A stretch of 64,000 nucleotides of DNA, from the NCBI RefSeq assembly GCF_009914755.1, contig NC_060933.1, one strand, 5' to 3'. Source of the DNA: the human T2T-CHM13v2.0 reference genome, Homo sapiens. Every line of letters starts with the position of its first letter. Position 1 is the first letter of the stretch. Under the pieces are notes generated by a model that was not told the DNA's origin, did not search any database, and saw nothing but the letters and a program-made list of their open reading frames with translations. A program made the position numbers and the translations under genes. This document shows, one piece after another, positions 23,445 through 36,119 of the stretch.

Positions 23445-23889
23445 GACCTGTAAGGTGCCACCAAGTGGACCAACATATGCATAATGGGAGTCCAAAAAGG
23501 AGAGGAGAAAAAGAGGTAGAAAATTTATTTGAAGAAATAACATCCAAAAATTTCACAAGTTTGATGAAAGACATGAATCTACAAATCCAAGAACCTCAAA
23601 AAAAATTTTAAGTAGGATAAACTAAACAAGAAAAACTATACCAAGACACAAATTGTTGAAAGACAAAAGAGAATCTTGAAAGCAGCAAGAGAGAAGTGAT
23701 TCATCATGTACAAGGAATTCTTTGATAAGATTAACAGCTGATTTCTCATCAGAAACCTTGATCACCAAGAGGTGATGAGCTGACATATTTAAGGTGCTAA
23801 AAGAATAAAAAAACTGTCAGCCAAGAATTTTATAAACAGCAACACTGTCCTTCAAAAATGAGAGAAAGGGGATGGGTGTGGTGGCAAGA

Positions 23890-23891
<2 letters not shown>

Positions 23892-23985
<94 letters not shown>
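23892..23985. repeat. Compound microsatellite (TC)n(AT)15(AG)n
   Basis: Seen directly; 23906-23985 is a perfect 80-bp palindrome. Confidence 0.97.
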
Positions 23986-24686
23986 CATTCCAGATAAACA
24001 AAAGCTGAGGGAGTGCATTGCTGCTAGAACTGCCCTGCAAAAGTACAAAAAGGAGTCCTTCAGATGGAAATGAAAGCACACTAGACAGTAATTTGAAAAC
24101 GTTTAAAGAAATAAATATCTTTATTAATGTGAGATACATGGGCAGATATAAAATCTAGTGTATTTAATTTTTGCTTCTAATTCCACTTTTGATTTACTGC
24201 GTGTTTTAAAATGTAAATGCATAGAAATAATTATAAATCTATATTATTTGGCACATAACATAGAATTTGTGACAAAAATAACATAAAGAGGAGGGCAGAA
24301 CTGTATAGGGACAGAGTTTTTGGATGCTATTGACATTAAATTGATAAAAATTCAAATTAGATTGTTATAAATTTAGGATTTCAAATGTTATTCCCATGGT
24401 AACCACAAAGAAAAAACTTAAAGAATATAGACAAAATAAAGTAAGAAGGGAATCAAAATGTTTCACTACAAAAAGATTAAGAAGAAAAGAAGGCAGTAAT
24501 GGAGGACATGAGGGGAAAAAAAAAGCTAAGACATAGAGAAAGTGCTAAGACATAGAGAAATTTCTGCCATACCAAAATGGCAGAAATTAGTCTTTCCTTG
24601 ACAGTAATTATTTTAAACGTAAATAAAATAAACTCCCCAATCAAAAGGCAGAGATTGGCCAAATGGATTAAAACAAAAACAAAATA

Positions 24687-24820
24687 AGCCAGGCACAGTG
24701 ATTCATGCCTGTAATCTCAGCACTTTGGGAGGCTGAGATGGGAGGATTGCTTAAGGCTAGGAGTTCGAAACCACCCTGAGCAACATAGCAAGACCCTATC
24801 TTTAACAAAGCAAAACAAAA
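24687..24820 (+). mobile_element. FLAM / Alu left monomer
   Basis: agccaggcacagtgattcatgcctgtaatctcagcactttgggaggctgag...agaccctatcttt followed by an A-rich tail. Confidence 0.85.
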
Positions 24821-25765
24821 ATCTAACTATATGCTGTCTACAAGAAACTCACTTTAAATTCAAAGACACAAATAGGTTGAAAATAAAAGAATGGAAAATA
24901 GATTCCATGAACATACGGGAACCAAAAGATAGTGGCAGTGCCTATACTAATATCATTTAAGTAGAAAATTGTTAAAAGAGACAGAGAAGGGCATTATATA
25001 CTGATAAAGAGGTCAAATAATCAAAAAGATGTAACACCTAGAAACGTATGCACACAAAACAACAGAGCCCAAAAATATATGACAAAAGCATTGTCACATT
25101 TGACTGGAGAAACAGACAATTCAATATTAATAGTTGGGTGTTCCAACACCCTATTTTCAGTAATTCAGACAACATATAAACAGAAGATCAATCAAAATAG
25201 AAAATGAAAAGACATTATAAACCAACTAGACCTAAGAAACATTTATAAACTCAACAACAGCAGAGTACACATTTTTCTCAAGTACACATGGAACATTTTC
25301 TGGAATAGATCATATGTTAGGACACAAATAACTCTCAATAGATTTAAAAAGAAAAATGTATAAAGAATCTTCTCTGACTACAATGGAATGAAGCTAAAAA
25401 TCAATAACAAGGAAATCAGGAAAATTTACAAATATGTGAAAATTAAATAACACAGTCTTAGATAATCAATGTGTCAAGGAGAAATAATAAGAGAAATTAG
25501 AAAACACTTAGAGTTTAACAAAAGAGAAAATGCAACATACCAATACTTAGGGGATACAATGAACACAGTGCTATAAAGGAAATATGTCACTGTAAATGCT
25601 TATATTAAAAAATAAGACAGCTCTTTAATCAATACCCTAACTTTACACATTAAGGACCTAGGAAAAAAAGCACAAACCAAATCCAAAGCTAGCAGAAAGA
25701 AGGAAAGATTCTAGTGGAGATAATTGAACTAGAGAATAGAAAAACAAGAGAAGCAAAAAGTTGGT

Positions 25766-26155
25766 TGCTATGAATGGAAGTGTGTCCTCCAAAATTTATA
25801 TATATGTATTTATATATATTTATATACATGTATTTATATATAAATATTTTATATATGATATATAATATATAATTATATATGATATATAATATATAATTAT
25901 ATATGATATATAATATATAATTATACATGATATATAATATATAATTATATATGATATATATCATATTATATATCATATTATATCATTATATATAATATAA
26001 ATATATATATATGCCAAAGCTCTAACCTCCAATGTGGCTGTGTTTGAAGATAAGGCCTTTAGGAAGGTAATTAAGGTTAAATGAGGTCATAAAGGTAGGG
26101 TCCTAATCTGATAGGAGTGGTGTCCTTACAAGAGGAAGAAACGTTAAGATTCTTT

Positions 26156-26214
<59 letters not shown>

Positions 26215-26437
26215 ATGCTCTATCTATCTCATTCCTAGTACTCAGGAGAAAGTTCATCTAAAGACACACAGCAAGAAGACAGCTGTATACAGCCACAAAG
26301 AAAGCCCAGCAGAAACTTAATTTGTAAGTACCTACAAATTCATGAACTTCTAGCCTCCAGAACTGTGAGAAAACAAATATCTGTTGTTTAAGCCACCCAG
26401 TCTGAAATATTTTGTTATGGCAGCACAGACTAATACA
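25766..26437 (+). mobile_element. MLT1A-type MaLR LTR in L1, containing an AT minisatellite and (CT)n
   Basis: tgctatg...actaataca termini; 5-bp TSD TTGGT at 25761-25765 and TCGGT at 26438-26442. Confidence 0.88.
25797..26011. repeat. AT-rich tract with a 24-bp-period minisatellite (TATATATGATATATAATATATAAT)
   Basis: G residues recur at 25857, 25881, 25905, 25929 and 25953. Confidence 0.92.
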
Positions 26438-27099
26438 TCGGTTCTTTGAAAAGTTCAACAAAATTGACAAACCTTTAGTTAGACTGACAAAGAAAAAAAG
26501 AGTCAATGCATATAACTAAAATAAAAAATAAAAGTGGGGACATTATTATTGACTCTACAGAAATAAAAAGAATTATATGAAAATACTATGAAAAATTTTG
26601 CACCAAAAAAATAGACAACCAAGATGAAATGGACAAATTCCTAGAAACACAGAAATTACCAAAATTGATTCAAGAAGAAATGGAATATCTGAACAGATCT
26701 TTATTAAGGAGATTGAGTTAGTAATTAAAGATCTTCCAACAAAGAAAAGTTCACAACCAGATGACTTCACTAGTGAATCCTAACAAACATTTAAAGAAGG
26801 CTTAATACCAATCTTTCTAAAACACTTCCAAAAATGGGAAAAGGAGAGAAAACTCCCAAACTCTTTCTATAAGTCCAATTACCTGAAATCAATGCCAGGT
26901 AAAGACATCACAAGAAAATCAATTTACAGACTTTATGAATATAGATGTGGAAATCTTGAACAAATTAATAGCAAACTGAATCTAACAGCATGGTAAAAAG
27001 AGTATACACCATGACCAAGTGACCCTTACCTTAGGAATGCATATTAGTCTGGCATAAGAAAATCAATCAATGTAATACATCACATTAATATAATGAAGG

Positions 27100-27371
27100 C
27101 TAAATAGGAGGAATAAATTCAAAAGATCTATTGCACATCATGGTAACTAGAGTTAATAACAATATATTTTATCCTTAAAAATTTAAATGAGATTTTAAGT
27201 GCTCTCATCACAAAAAAGATAAGTATGGGAGAGAAAGCATATGTTAAATAGCTTGACTTAGCCATTCCACAGTGTATACAGATGTCAAAACATCATGTTG
27301 TGTGCTATGAATATATATTTTTTACTTATTAATTAAAAATAAGTTAATTAATGAAATTAAAATTAATAAAA
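27100..27371 (+). mobile_element. L1MA-type 3' terminal fragment nested in L1MB
   Basis: ataggaggaataaattcaaaagatctattgcac...ttagccattccacagtgtatac; degenerate TSD taatataatgaagg / taatagaacaaagg. Confidence 0.8.
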
Positions 27372-28503
27372 TAATAGAACAAAGGAGAAAATCACATGAT
27401 CATCTCAAGTGACACAGAAAAGGCATTTGACAAAATCCAATGCCCTATCATGAAAAAAAAAAAACCCTCAGAAAACCAGAAATAAAAGGAAATGTCCTCA
27501 ACATGATAAAGGGCATTTATGAAAAACTCATAGCTAACATTGTTGATGGCTGTGGTGATACCTCAGTTCTTGTTTTCTTGATTTAAAATAATTTAAACAA
27601 GAAACACACAGCAAAGGAGGTGCAGCATAGAGTAATTTATTGCAAAAGAAAAGAATATTTTGAAAGTTAGATGCAGAATGGACAATACACCCTGAGTAAG
27701 AAAGAATTCAAGGGCAGGCTGCTCCTAAGGATGAGACAACAAAGACGGGCACTAGGGAGGCTTCCTTTATGGGAGTCTTACATTGAGAGGTGACAGCGTG
27801 CTGGCAGCCCTCGCAGCCCTCGCTGGCTCTTGGCGCCTCCTCGACCTCCGCGCCCACTCCGGCCACGCTTGAGGAGCCCTTCAGCCTGCCGCTGCACTGT
27901 GGGAGCCCCTTTCTGGGCTGGCCAAGGCTGGAGCCGGCTCCCTCAGTTTGCAGGGAGGTGTGGAGGGAGAGGCTGGGCGGGAACCAGGGCTGCGCACAGC
28001 ATTTGCGGGCCAGCGTGAGTTCCGGGTGGGCATGGGCTCGGCTGGCCCTGCGCTCGGAGTGGCCCTCTGGCCCACAAGCCCAGGGCAGTGAGGGGCTTAG
28101 CACCTGGGCCAGCAGCTGCTGTGCTCGATTTCTCCCAGGCCTTAGCTGCCTCCCTGCGGGGCAGGGCTTGGGACCTGCAGCCCACCATGCCTGAGCGCCC
28201 CCACTACCCCCTGCGCGGTGGGCTCCTGCGCAGCCTGAGCCTCCCCGACGAGTGCCCCCCCCCCACCCTGCTCCACGGCGCCCAGTCCCATCTACCACCC
28301 AAGGACTGAGGAGTGCAGGCGCATGGTGCAGGACTGGCAGGCAGCTCCACCTGTGACCCCAGTGCAGGATCCACTAGGTGAAGCCAGCTGGGCTCCTGAG
28401 TCTGGTGGGGACTTGGAGCATCTTTATGTCTAGCTAGGGGATTGTAAATACACCAGTCAGCACCCTGTGTCTAGCTCAGGGTTTGTGGATGCACCAATCG
28501 GCA

Positions 28504-28651
28504 CTCCACCTCCCAGATTCAAGCAATTCTCCTGCCTCAGCCTCCCGAGTAGCTGGGATTACAGATGCCTGCCACCACACCCAGCTAATTTTTTGTATTT
28601 TTAGTAGAGACAGGGTTTCACCATGTTGGCCAGGCTGGTCTCAAACTCCTG
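28504..28651 (-). mobile_element. Internal AluS fragment, no tail and no 5' end
   Basis: ctccacctcccagattcaagcaattctcctgcctcagcc...ggtctcaaactcctg. Confidence 0.9.
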
Positions 28652-28657
28652 TCCTGA

Positions 28658-29001
28658 ATTCTCATGCTGCTAATAAAGACATACCCAAGGCTGTGAAATT
28701 TATAAAAGAAAGAGGTTCAATGGACTCACAGTTCTACGTGGCTGGGGAGGCCTCAGAATCATAGTGGAGACCAAAGGGGTAGCAAAGGTACCTCTTACAT
28801 GGTGACAGGCAAGAGAGCTTGTGCAGGGGAACTCCCATTTATAAAACCATCAGATCTCATGAGACATATTCACTTCCAGGAGAATACTATGGGAAAACCA
28901 CCCCCATAATTCTATTATCTCCACCTGGCCCCATTCTTGACATGTGGGAATTATTACAATTCAAGGTGAGATTTGGGTGGGGACACAGCCAAATCATGTC
29001 A
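28658..29001 (-). mobile_element. THE1 LTR missing about 10 terminal bases
   Basis: ctcatgctgctaataaagacatacccaagg...gagatttgggtggggacacagccaaatcatgtca. Confidence 0.9.
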
Positions 29002-29699
29002 GGACCATCTTCTGAAATCTGGTTAACAGCCTCTTTCCTTTGCTTGTTCAGACTACAGCTCATCCTGCGACTTCTGAATTCTCACTGTTTTAGTGGAGTG
29101 ATTATTTTATGCATATAGTACTTGCTTAAGTTACTATAATATGCTACTGAATGCCAGCTGGTAAAAATTGGGATATGGTCTGTAACCAGGGTAGAGAGGA
29201 GTACTTGCACTTCCAACTCCCCCACTCAGATACATCCTCCAATTTGGCACTTTTAGCCTGGCAAACAGCTCTGAATCTCACCCATCCTCCATCCAATCTG
29301 TAGCTAAGGGTGTTCATCAAACAACTTACTATATCTCATCCTTAGCCAGAGTGGCTCTTTGCAGGCCGGCTGTCTGTTGCCAAGAACTAGCTAATCTGGT
29401 GGGGACGTGGAAAATCTGTATCTAGCTAATCTAGTGGGGACGTGGAGAATCTTTATGTCTAGCTAAGGGACTGTGAACACACCAATCGGCACTCTGTATC
29501 TAGCTCAAGGTTTGTAAATGCACCAATCAGCACTCTGTGTCTAGCTGATCTGGTGGGGACTTGGAGAACCCTTATGTCTAGCTAAGGGACTGTGAATGCA
29601 CCAATCAGCACTCTGTATCTAGCTCAAGGTTTGCAAATACACCAATGGACACTCTGTATCTAGCTAATCTAGCGGGGAGGTGGAGAACGTTTGTGTCTA

Positions 29700-29920
29700 G
29701 CTCAGGGATTGTAAACGCACCAATCAGCACCCTGTCAAAACGGACCAATCAGCTCTCTGTAAAACAGGCCAATCGGCTCTCTGTAAAATGGACTAATCAG
29801 CAGGATGTGGGTGGGGCCAGATAAGAGAATAAAAGCAGGCTGCCCGAGCCGGCAGTGGTAACCCGCTGGGGTCCCCCTTACATAGTGTGGAAGCTTTGTT
29901 CTTTCACTCTTTGCAATAAA
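29700..29920 (+). promoter_or_regulatory. LTR12 core promoter (CCAAT/NF-Y boxes, GATA, TATA-like AATAAAA) and poly(A) signal
   Basis: Repeated ccaatc; CAGATAAG 29818-29825; GAATAAAA 29827-29834; AATAAA 29915-29920. Confidence 0.75.
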
Positions 29921-30793
29921 TGTGGCTGCTGCTCACTCTTTGGGTCCACACTGCCTTTATGAGCTGTAACACTCACTGCGAAGATCTGCACTTCACTCCT
30001 GAAGCCAGCGAGACCATGAACTCACCAGGAGTAAGGAAGAACTCCAGACGCACCACCTTAAGAGCTGTAACACTCGCCGCAAAGGTCTGCAGCTTCACTC
30101 CTGATGCAGCCAGACCACGAGCCCACCAGAAGGAAGAAACTCCGAACACATCCTAACATCAGAAGGAACAAACTCTGGACACGCCACCTTTAAGACCTGT
30201 AACACCGCGAGGGTCCGCGGCTTCATTCTTGAAGTCAGTGAGACCAAGAACTCACCAATTCTGGACACAGCATGAATATTCATAAGGAGGTGGAAAGAGG
30301 TGTTGCTAGTAAGAGTGTTCTAGGTGGTCCTCTGGGTACACATGCACAGTAACTACATGCTCGTTCGTACATCACATGTCTCATTAGCATCTTAAATTTC
30401 CACCCAGGGATGTGATTTTTTTACTATTATCATGAGCAGTTAGTTGAGGACAGGTAAAATCAAAGTGCATATGGTCTCTAGAGGGGAAAGTCCTTACTGA
30501 AAATAGCTTTGCTTGAATTAGCTCAATTATAATGCAAATGCTGAGGTTTATGGTGTTGATTAGACAATCACCATGGTCGCTCCATCCCCAGAACATGGTC
30601 ATTTTCTTGACTACCTGTCCTGCGTCAACATCATATTCAATGGTGAAATATTAAAAGTGTTCTTCATCATATCAAAAACAAGACAAGAATGCCTGTTTTT
30701 GCCACCGCTATTCAACATTGTACCGGAAGTTCTAGCCAGAGCAATTAGAGACAAGAATTAATAAAAGGCACCCAAATAGAAATAAGGAAGTAA

Positions 30794-31254
30794 GGTTGGG
30801 TGTGGTGACTCACACCTGTAACCCGAACACTTTGGGAGGCCAGGTGGGAGAGTTGCTTGAGCTCAGGAGTTCAAGACCAGACTGGACAACATGGTGAAAC
30901 CCTGTCTCTAAAAAGAAAAGAAAAATTAGCCAGGCATTGTGGTGCATGCCTGTGGACCCAGCTACTAAGGAGGCTGAGGTAGGAGGATCTCTTGAACCCC
31001 AGGAGGTCAAGGCTACAGTGCTGTGTTCATGCCACCGCCCTCCAGCCTGAGTGACAGAGTGAGACCCTGTCTTTCTGTCTCTCAATATATAGATAGATAG
31101 ATCTGTATCTATATAGACATATAATATATAAACATATCATACATATACATATAAATATATAGAGATATAACATTATATCTATATATAGATATATAGATAA
31201 AGTTAGTTAAAAGACACTTTTAGTTAAAAGTAAAAGATAGTTTTCATATATATG
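30794..31254 (+). mobile_element. AluJ whose tail has become an AT-rich low-complexity tract
   Basis: Alu body 30794-31083; degenerate TSD aaataaggaagtaa / aaaaaaagaagtaa. Confidence 0.9.
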
Positions 31255-31893
31255 AAAAAAAGAAGTAAAACTATCTCTATTATCAGATGACATGGTCTTA
31301 CATATAGAAAACCCCAAAGCATCCACAAGAAAGCTATTAGAACTAACTTAAAAATTCACCAATGTTGCAGAAGACAAGATTGACATGGAAAAATTAGTTG
31401 TATTTCTATATAGCAGGGATGAACAATTCAAAAAGTAAAGGATAAATTTCATTTACAATAGCATCTACAATAGTGATACCCTAGGAATAAATTTAACCAA
31501 AGAGGTAAAAGACTTATTTGGACACTGAAAACTGCAAAACATTGCTGAAACAAAGAATATCTAAATAAGTAGAAAGACCTCCCATGTTTATGGATAGGAA
31601 TACATGATATCATTAAGGTGTCAATACTACCCAAAGTGATCTACACATTCAACACAGTCCCTAATAAAATTCTAAATGTCTTTTGCAGAAATGGAAAAGT
31701 TAATCTTCTATTTCATATATAATTGCAAGGGATCTCAAGGAGCCAAAACAATCTTGAAAATGAAGAACAGTTTGAATGAATCATACTTTCTGATTTCAAA
31801 ACTTACTACAAATCTACACAATCAGAAAAAGTGTGGTACTGGCATAAGGATAGATGTACGTACCAATGCAATAGAATTAAGAGTAGAAAAATA

Positions 31894-32270
<377 letters not shown>

Positions 32271-33786
32271 TCAACAAATGGTATTGGGACAACTGGATAT
32301 TTACAAGCAAAAAAAATAAAATTAGACCCCACCTGACACCATATACAAAAAAGAACTCTAAATGGATCAATGACTTAAATATGAGAGCTAAAACTATAAC
32401 ACTCTTAGAAGAAAACATAGGGTGTAAATCACTGTGACTTTGAATTGAACAATAGGTTCTTAGATATGACACCAAATGTATGAACAACAAAGAATAAAGG
32501 GATAAGTTAAACTTCAACAAAATCAAAAACTTTTGTGCATCAAAAAACATTATGAAGAGGGTGAAAAGACAGGCTACAGAATGAGATAAAATATTTGCAA
32601 ATTACATATCTGATAATGGTTTAACATCTAGAACATATAAAGAATTCCTACAATTCAATAACAATATAAAACAATCCGTTTCAAAATGGGCAGAGGGCTT
32701 GAATAGACATTTCTTCAAAGAAGATATACAAATGGCCCATGAGTACACAAAAAGATGCTCAGTATCATTAGTCATTAGGGAAATGTTCATCAAAACCACC
32801 AGGAGATACCTCTTCAAGTTCACTAGAATGGCTAAAATCAATGAATTAAAACAGAAAATAACAAGTGTTAGCAAGGATGTGGAGAAATTAGAACCCTCAT
32901 ACATTGCTAGTGATAATGCAAAATGGTGCAGCCATTGTGAAAAGTAGTTTGGTAGTTCCTCAAAAGTAAACATAGAATTACCACGTGACCCAGAAATTCC
33001 ACTCTTAAGTACACACCCCAAAGAATTGAAAACAGGACTCAACAAGATACTTGTATGCCAATGTTTATTTTAAAATTATTCACAATAGCCAAAGGGTGGA
33101 AACAACTGAAGGGTTTATCAACAGATGAATGGATAAGCAAAATGTGATGTATACATACAATGGGAAATTATTGAGCCTTTAAAAGGAATGAAATTCTGAC
33201 ACATGCTACCACACTGATAAACCTTGAAAACATTATTCTAAGTGAAATAAGCCAGGCACAAAAGGAAAAGTATTGCATGATTCCATTTATGTAAAATATC
33301 TATCACAAGGAAATTCATAGAAACAGAAAATAGATTAGCAGTTTCCACGGGCTGGGGTGAGGGGAGAGTGGGAAGCTAGTGTTTAGTAGTTACAGACTTA
33401 ATTTAGGATATGGAAAAGTTTTGGAAATAGATAATGATGATGGTTTTACAACAATGAATTTAATTAATGCCTCATAATTGAACGCTAAAATTGCTTAAAA
33501 TGGCAAATTTTGTTATATATATATGTATACATATACATGAACAACATAATAATATGTAATACATAGTAATACATAATACATAAGAATATATAAGAATAAT
33601 ACAACATAGGAATATATACATATAGATACATGTATATGTATATATATGCCACAATTTTTGAAGTTGGTAATGTGCCATTGAAATATACACTTTAAATGAA
33701 TGAATTGTATGTTATGTGAATTCTATATCAATAAAGTTGTTAAACTGTATATATTCTATAATTATATGCATATATAATTATATATC

Positions 33787-34837
33787 TAGTTGATCATTGA
33801 ACAATGCAGGGGTTAAGGCCACTGGCCCCCTGCACAGTTGAAAATCTGAGTATAACTTTTGACTCCCCCAAAATTTACTACTAATAGCCTCCTGTTGACT
33901 GGAAGCCTTATTGATAGCGTAAACATACATATTTTGTATGTTAGATGTGTTACATGCTATATTCTTAAAGTAAGCTAGAGAAAAGAAAATGTTATTAAGA
34001 AAACCATAAGGAAGAGAAAATACATTTACAGTACTGTACTATATTTATTGATACTGTAAGTTTACGTCATCTGTTTACTAGATGAATTGTCTGTCTGAAA
34101 CGACATCACCTGCAGCTGCAGACCTCAATCTATGGTACATATCAAGCAATTCAACTTTCTCTTGCAACGTCATGGCTTTTCTCTGCTTCTTGGGAGCACT
34201 TCCAAGTATCACTAGTGGCACTTTGTATGGGTCCCATGGTGTCACTCAAGATTTCTGGTATTGCACTAAACGCAATGAAAAATATGTGAGAACCATGAGA
34301 TCACTTTCTACTGTGATACTCGATTTACTAGACAAGTGAACTGCTCATGTTGAGATAATTAGGATCACATGGTGTTTTAAGTGGATCCCTGCAACACTTC
34401 AGCTCACCACGATAGTAACAGGAGGTGGCTGTGAAATTATTATAATAGTACAGAATGTGCTACAGTTAATTTTATGGGGTTACAATTTAATACTGTATCT
34501 TCATGTTTGCATAGCTTTCTCCCAACTGCAAATGATGCCATGTACAGTCTGTGTTTGTGTATGTAAGCTTTGATACATTTTAACTTTTTAAACAATAGAT
34601 TTGTGTCTATCTTATGGGAGTAATTTATAAAAGTAGACTAGTATCTACACATATTTTATGTAGTCATAACATACCTAACTTTTCTTCATCTTTTTGGTAT
34701 TTCTAGGCTACCTGTCTCATCTGGGAGTTTTTCAAATTGTTGCAAATCTCCAAAACTTTTCAAATATTCTATTGAAAAAAATCCTCCATATAAGTGGACC
34801 CACACAGTTCAAGCCCATGATGTTCAAGGGTCAACGG
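33787..34837 (-). mobile_element. Tigger2-family (Tigger2b-like) non-autonomous DNA transposon
   Basis: Terminal inverted repeats tagttgatcattgaaca ... tgttcaagggtcaacgg; subterminal tataagtggacccacacagttcaagccc. Confidence 0.88.
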
Positions 34838-34879
34838 TGTGTGTATACATATGGTTTGTTCAACGGTAATAAGTATTAG

Positions 34880-35305
34880 AAAGAAAGGCAAAGTAGGGAA
34901 GTGGAGCAAAAGTCTTTCCGAAGAGATAACCTTTGAGGAAGATCCGAAGGAGGTGAGGCAGTGAGCCCTGAGGGGTTTTGGGAACAGGCCAAAGGAATAG
35001 CCAGTGTAAAGTCCTGGAGGCAGAAGGATCCCAGCCCGTCTGAGAACACCTAGCGCACAGGAGCAAGTGGGAGGGGCTGAGAGATGTGATCAGAGCGTGG
35101 GCAGGGGCTGGATCGTGCAAGGCCTCTTTAGGGAGAGACAGCTGTGGGAGGGCTCTGCGTAAGGAGAGACAGTATCTGACACTGGTTGCTGTGTGGAAAG
35201 GAGACACAGGAAGCCAGGGCAGAGGAGGGAGGCCTGTGTGGAGGCCACTGCACTAGCAAGAGGCAATGGGAGCACAGACTCTAGGGTGACAGTAGGTGTG
35301 AAAAG
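34880..35305 (-). mobile_element. L2 fragment
   Basis: gaaggaggtgaggcagtgagcc...ggaatagccagtgtaaagtcctggaggcag. Confidence 0.7.
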
Positions 35306-35727
35306 AATGTGACTTCCCTACTCTATGTATGATTCAAATTCTAAGACATTCTGCTAAAGGCAAAAGTATAGAGATGGTAAAAAGGTCAGTGTTTGCCAGT
35401 CAGGGGGAGAGAGAAGAGATGAGTAGGTGGAGCATAGAACATTTTTAGAGCAGGAAAATTATCCCGTATGATTCTATAATGGTGGATACAAGACATTACG
35501 CATTGGTCACAACCCATAGAACTTTACAGAATGAACAGTGAACCTTAACATGTAAAAAGTTTTTAAAAATCTCTTAGGATGTTGGGGGTCCCTGGGTGGA
35601 ATGCGGATGTGATAAGAAAATTGAACCGCATTACAAATGCATAAAACAAACTCACTGAGCATGTGGGAGGAACTGTGCTGATCTGAGTAACTTTGAAAAT
35701 GAGTGGAGTCTGTAAGACTAAGAACAG

Positions 35728-36119
<392 letters not shown>

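Larger units (their letters stand above)
27784..30269 (+). mobile_element. Solo LTR12C-like (ERV9) LTR with an internal foreign insert at 28507-29386
   Basis: TGAGAGGTGACAGCGTGCTGGCAG start, CpG-rich U3, caccaatc tandem units, ccaattctggacaca end; TSD ACAT at 27780-27783 and GCAT at 30270-30273. Confidence 0.95.
27541..30627 (-). mobile_element. ERV1-class solo LTR (MER4 group, tentatively MER66-like) split by LTR12C
   Basis: tgttgatgg ... ctacctgtcctgcgtca termini; 4-bp TSD ACAT at 27537-27540 and 30628-30631; host L1 reads through (gctaacat|catattcaatggtgaaa). Confidence 0.8.

Noticed and set aside
29387-29800. Regularly spaced repeats resembling a CRISPR array (also 10935-11145)
   Set aside because: These are the normal CCAAT-containing U3 tandem units of LTR12. 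There are no unique spacers or cas genes, and the DNA is eukaryotic.
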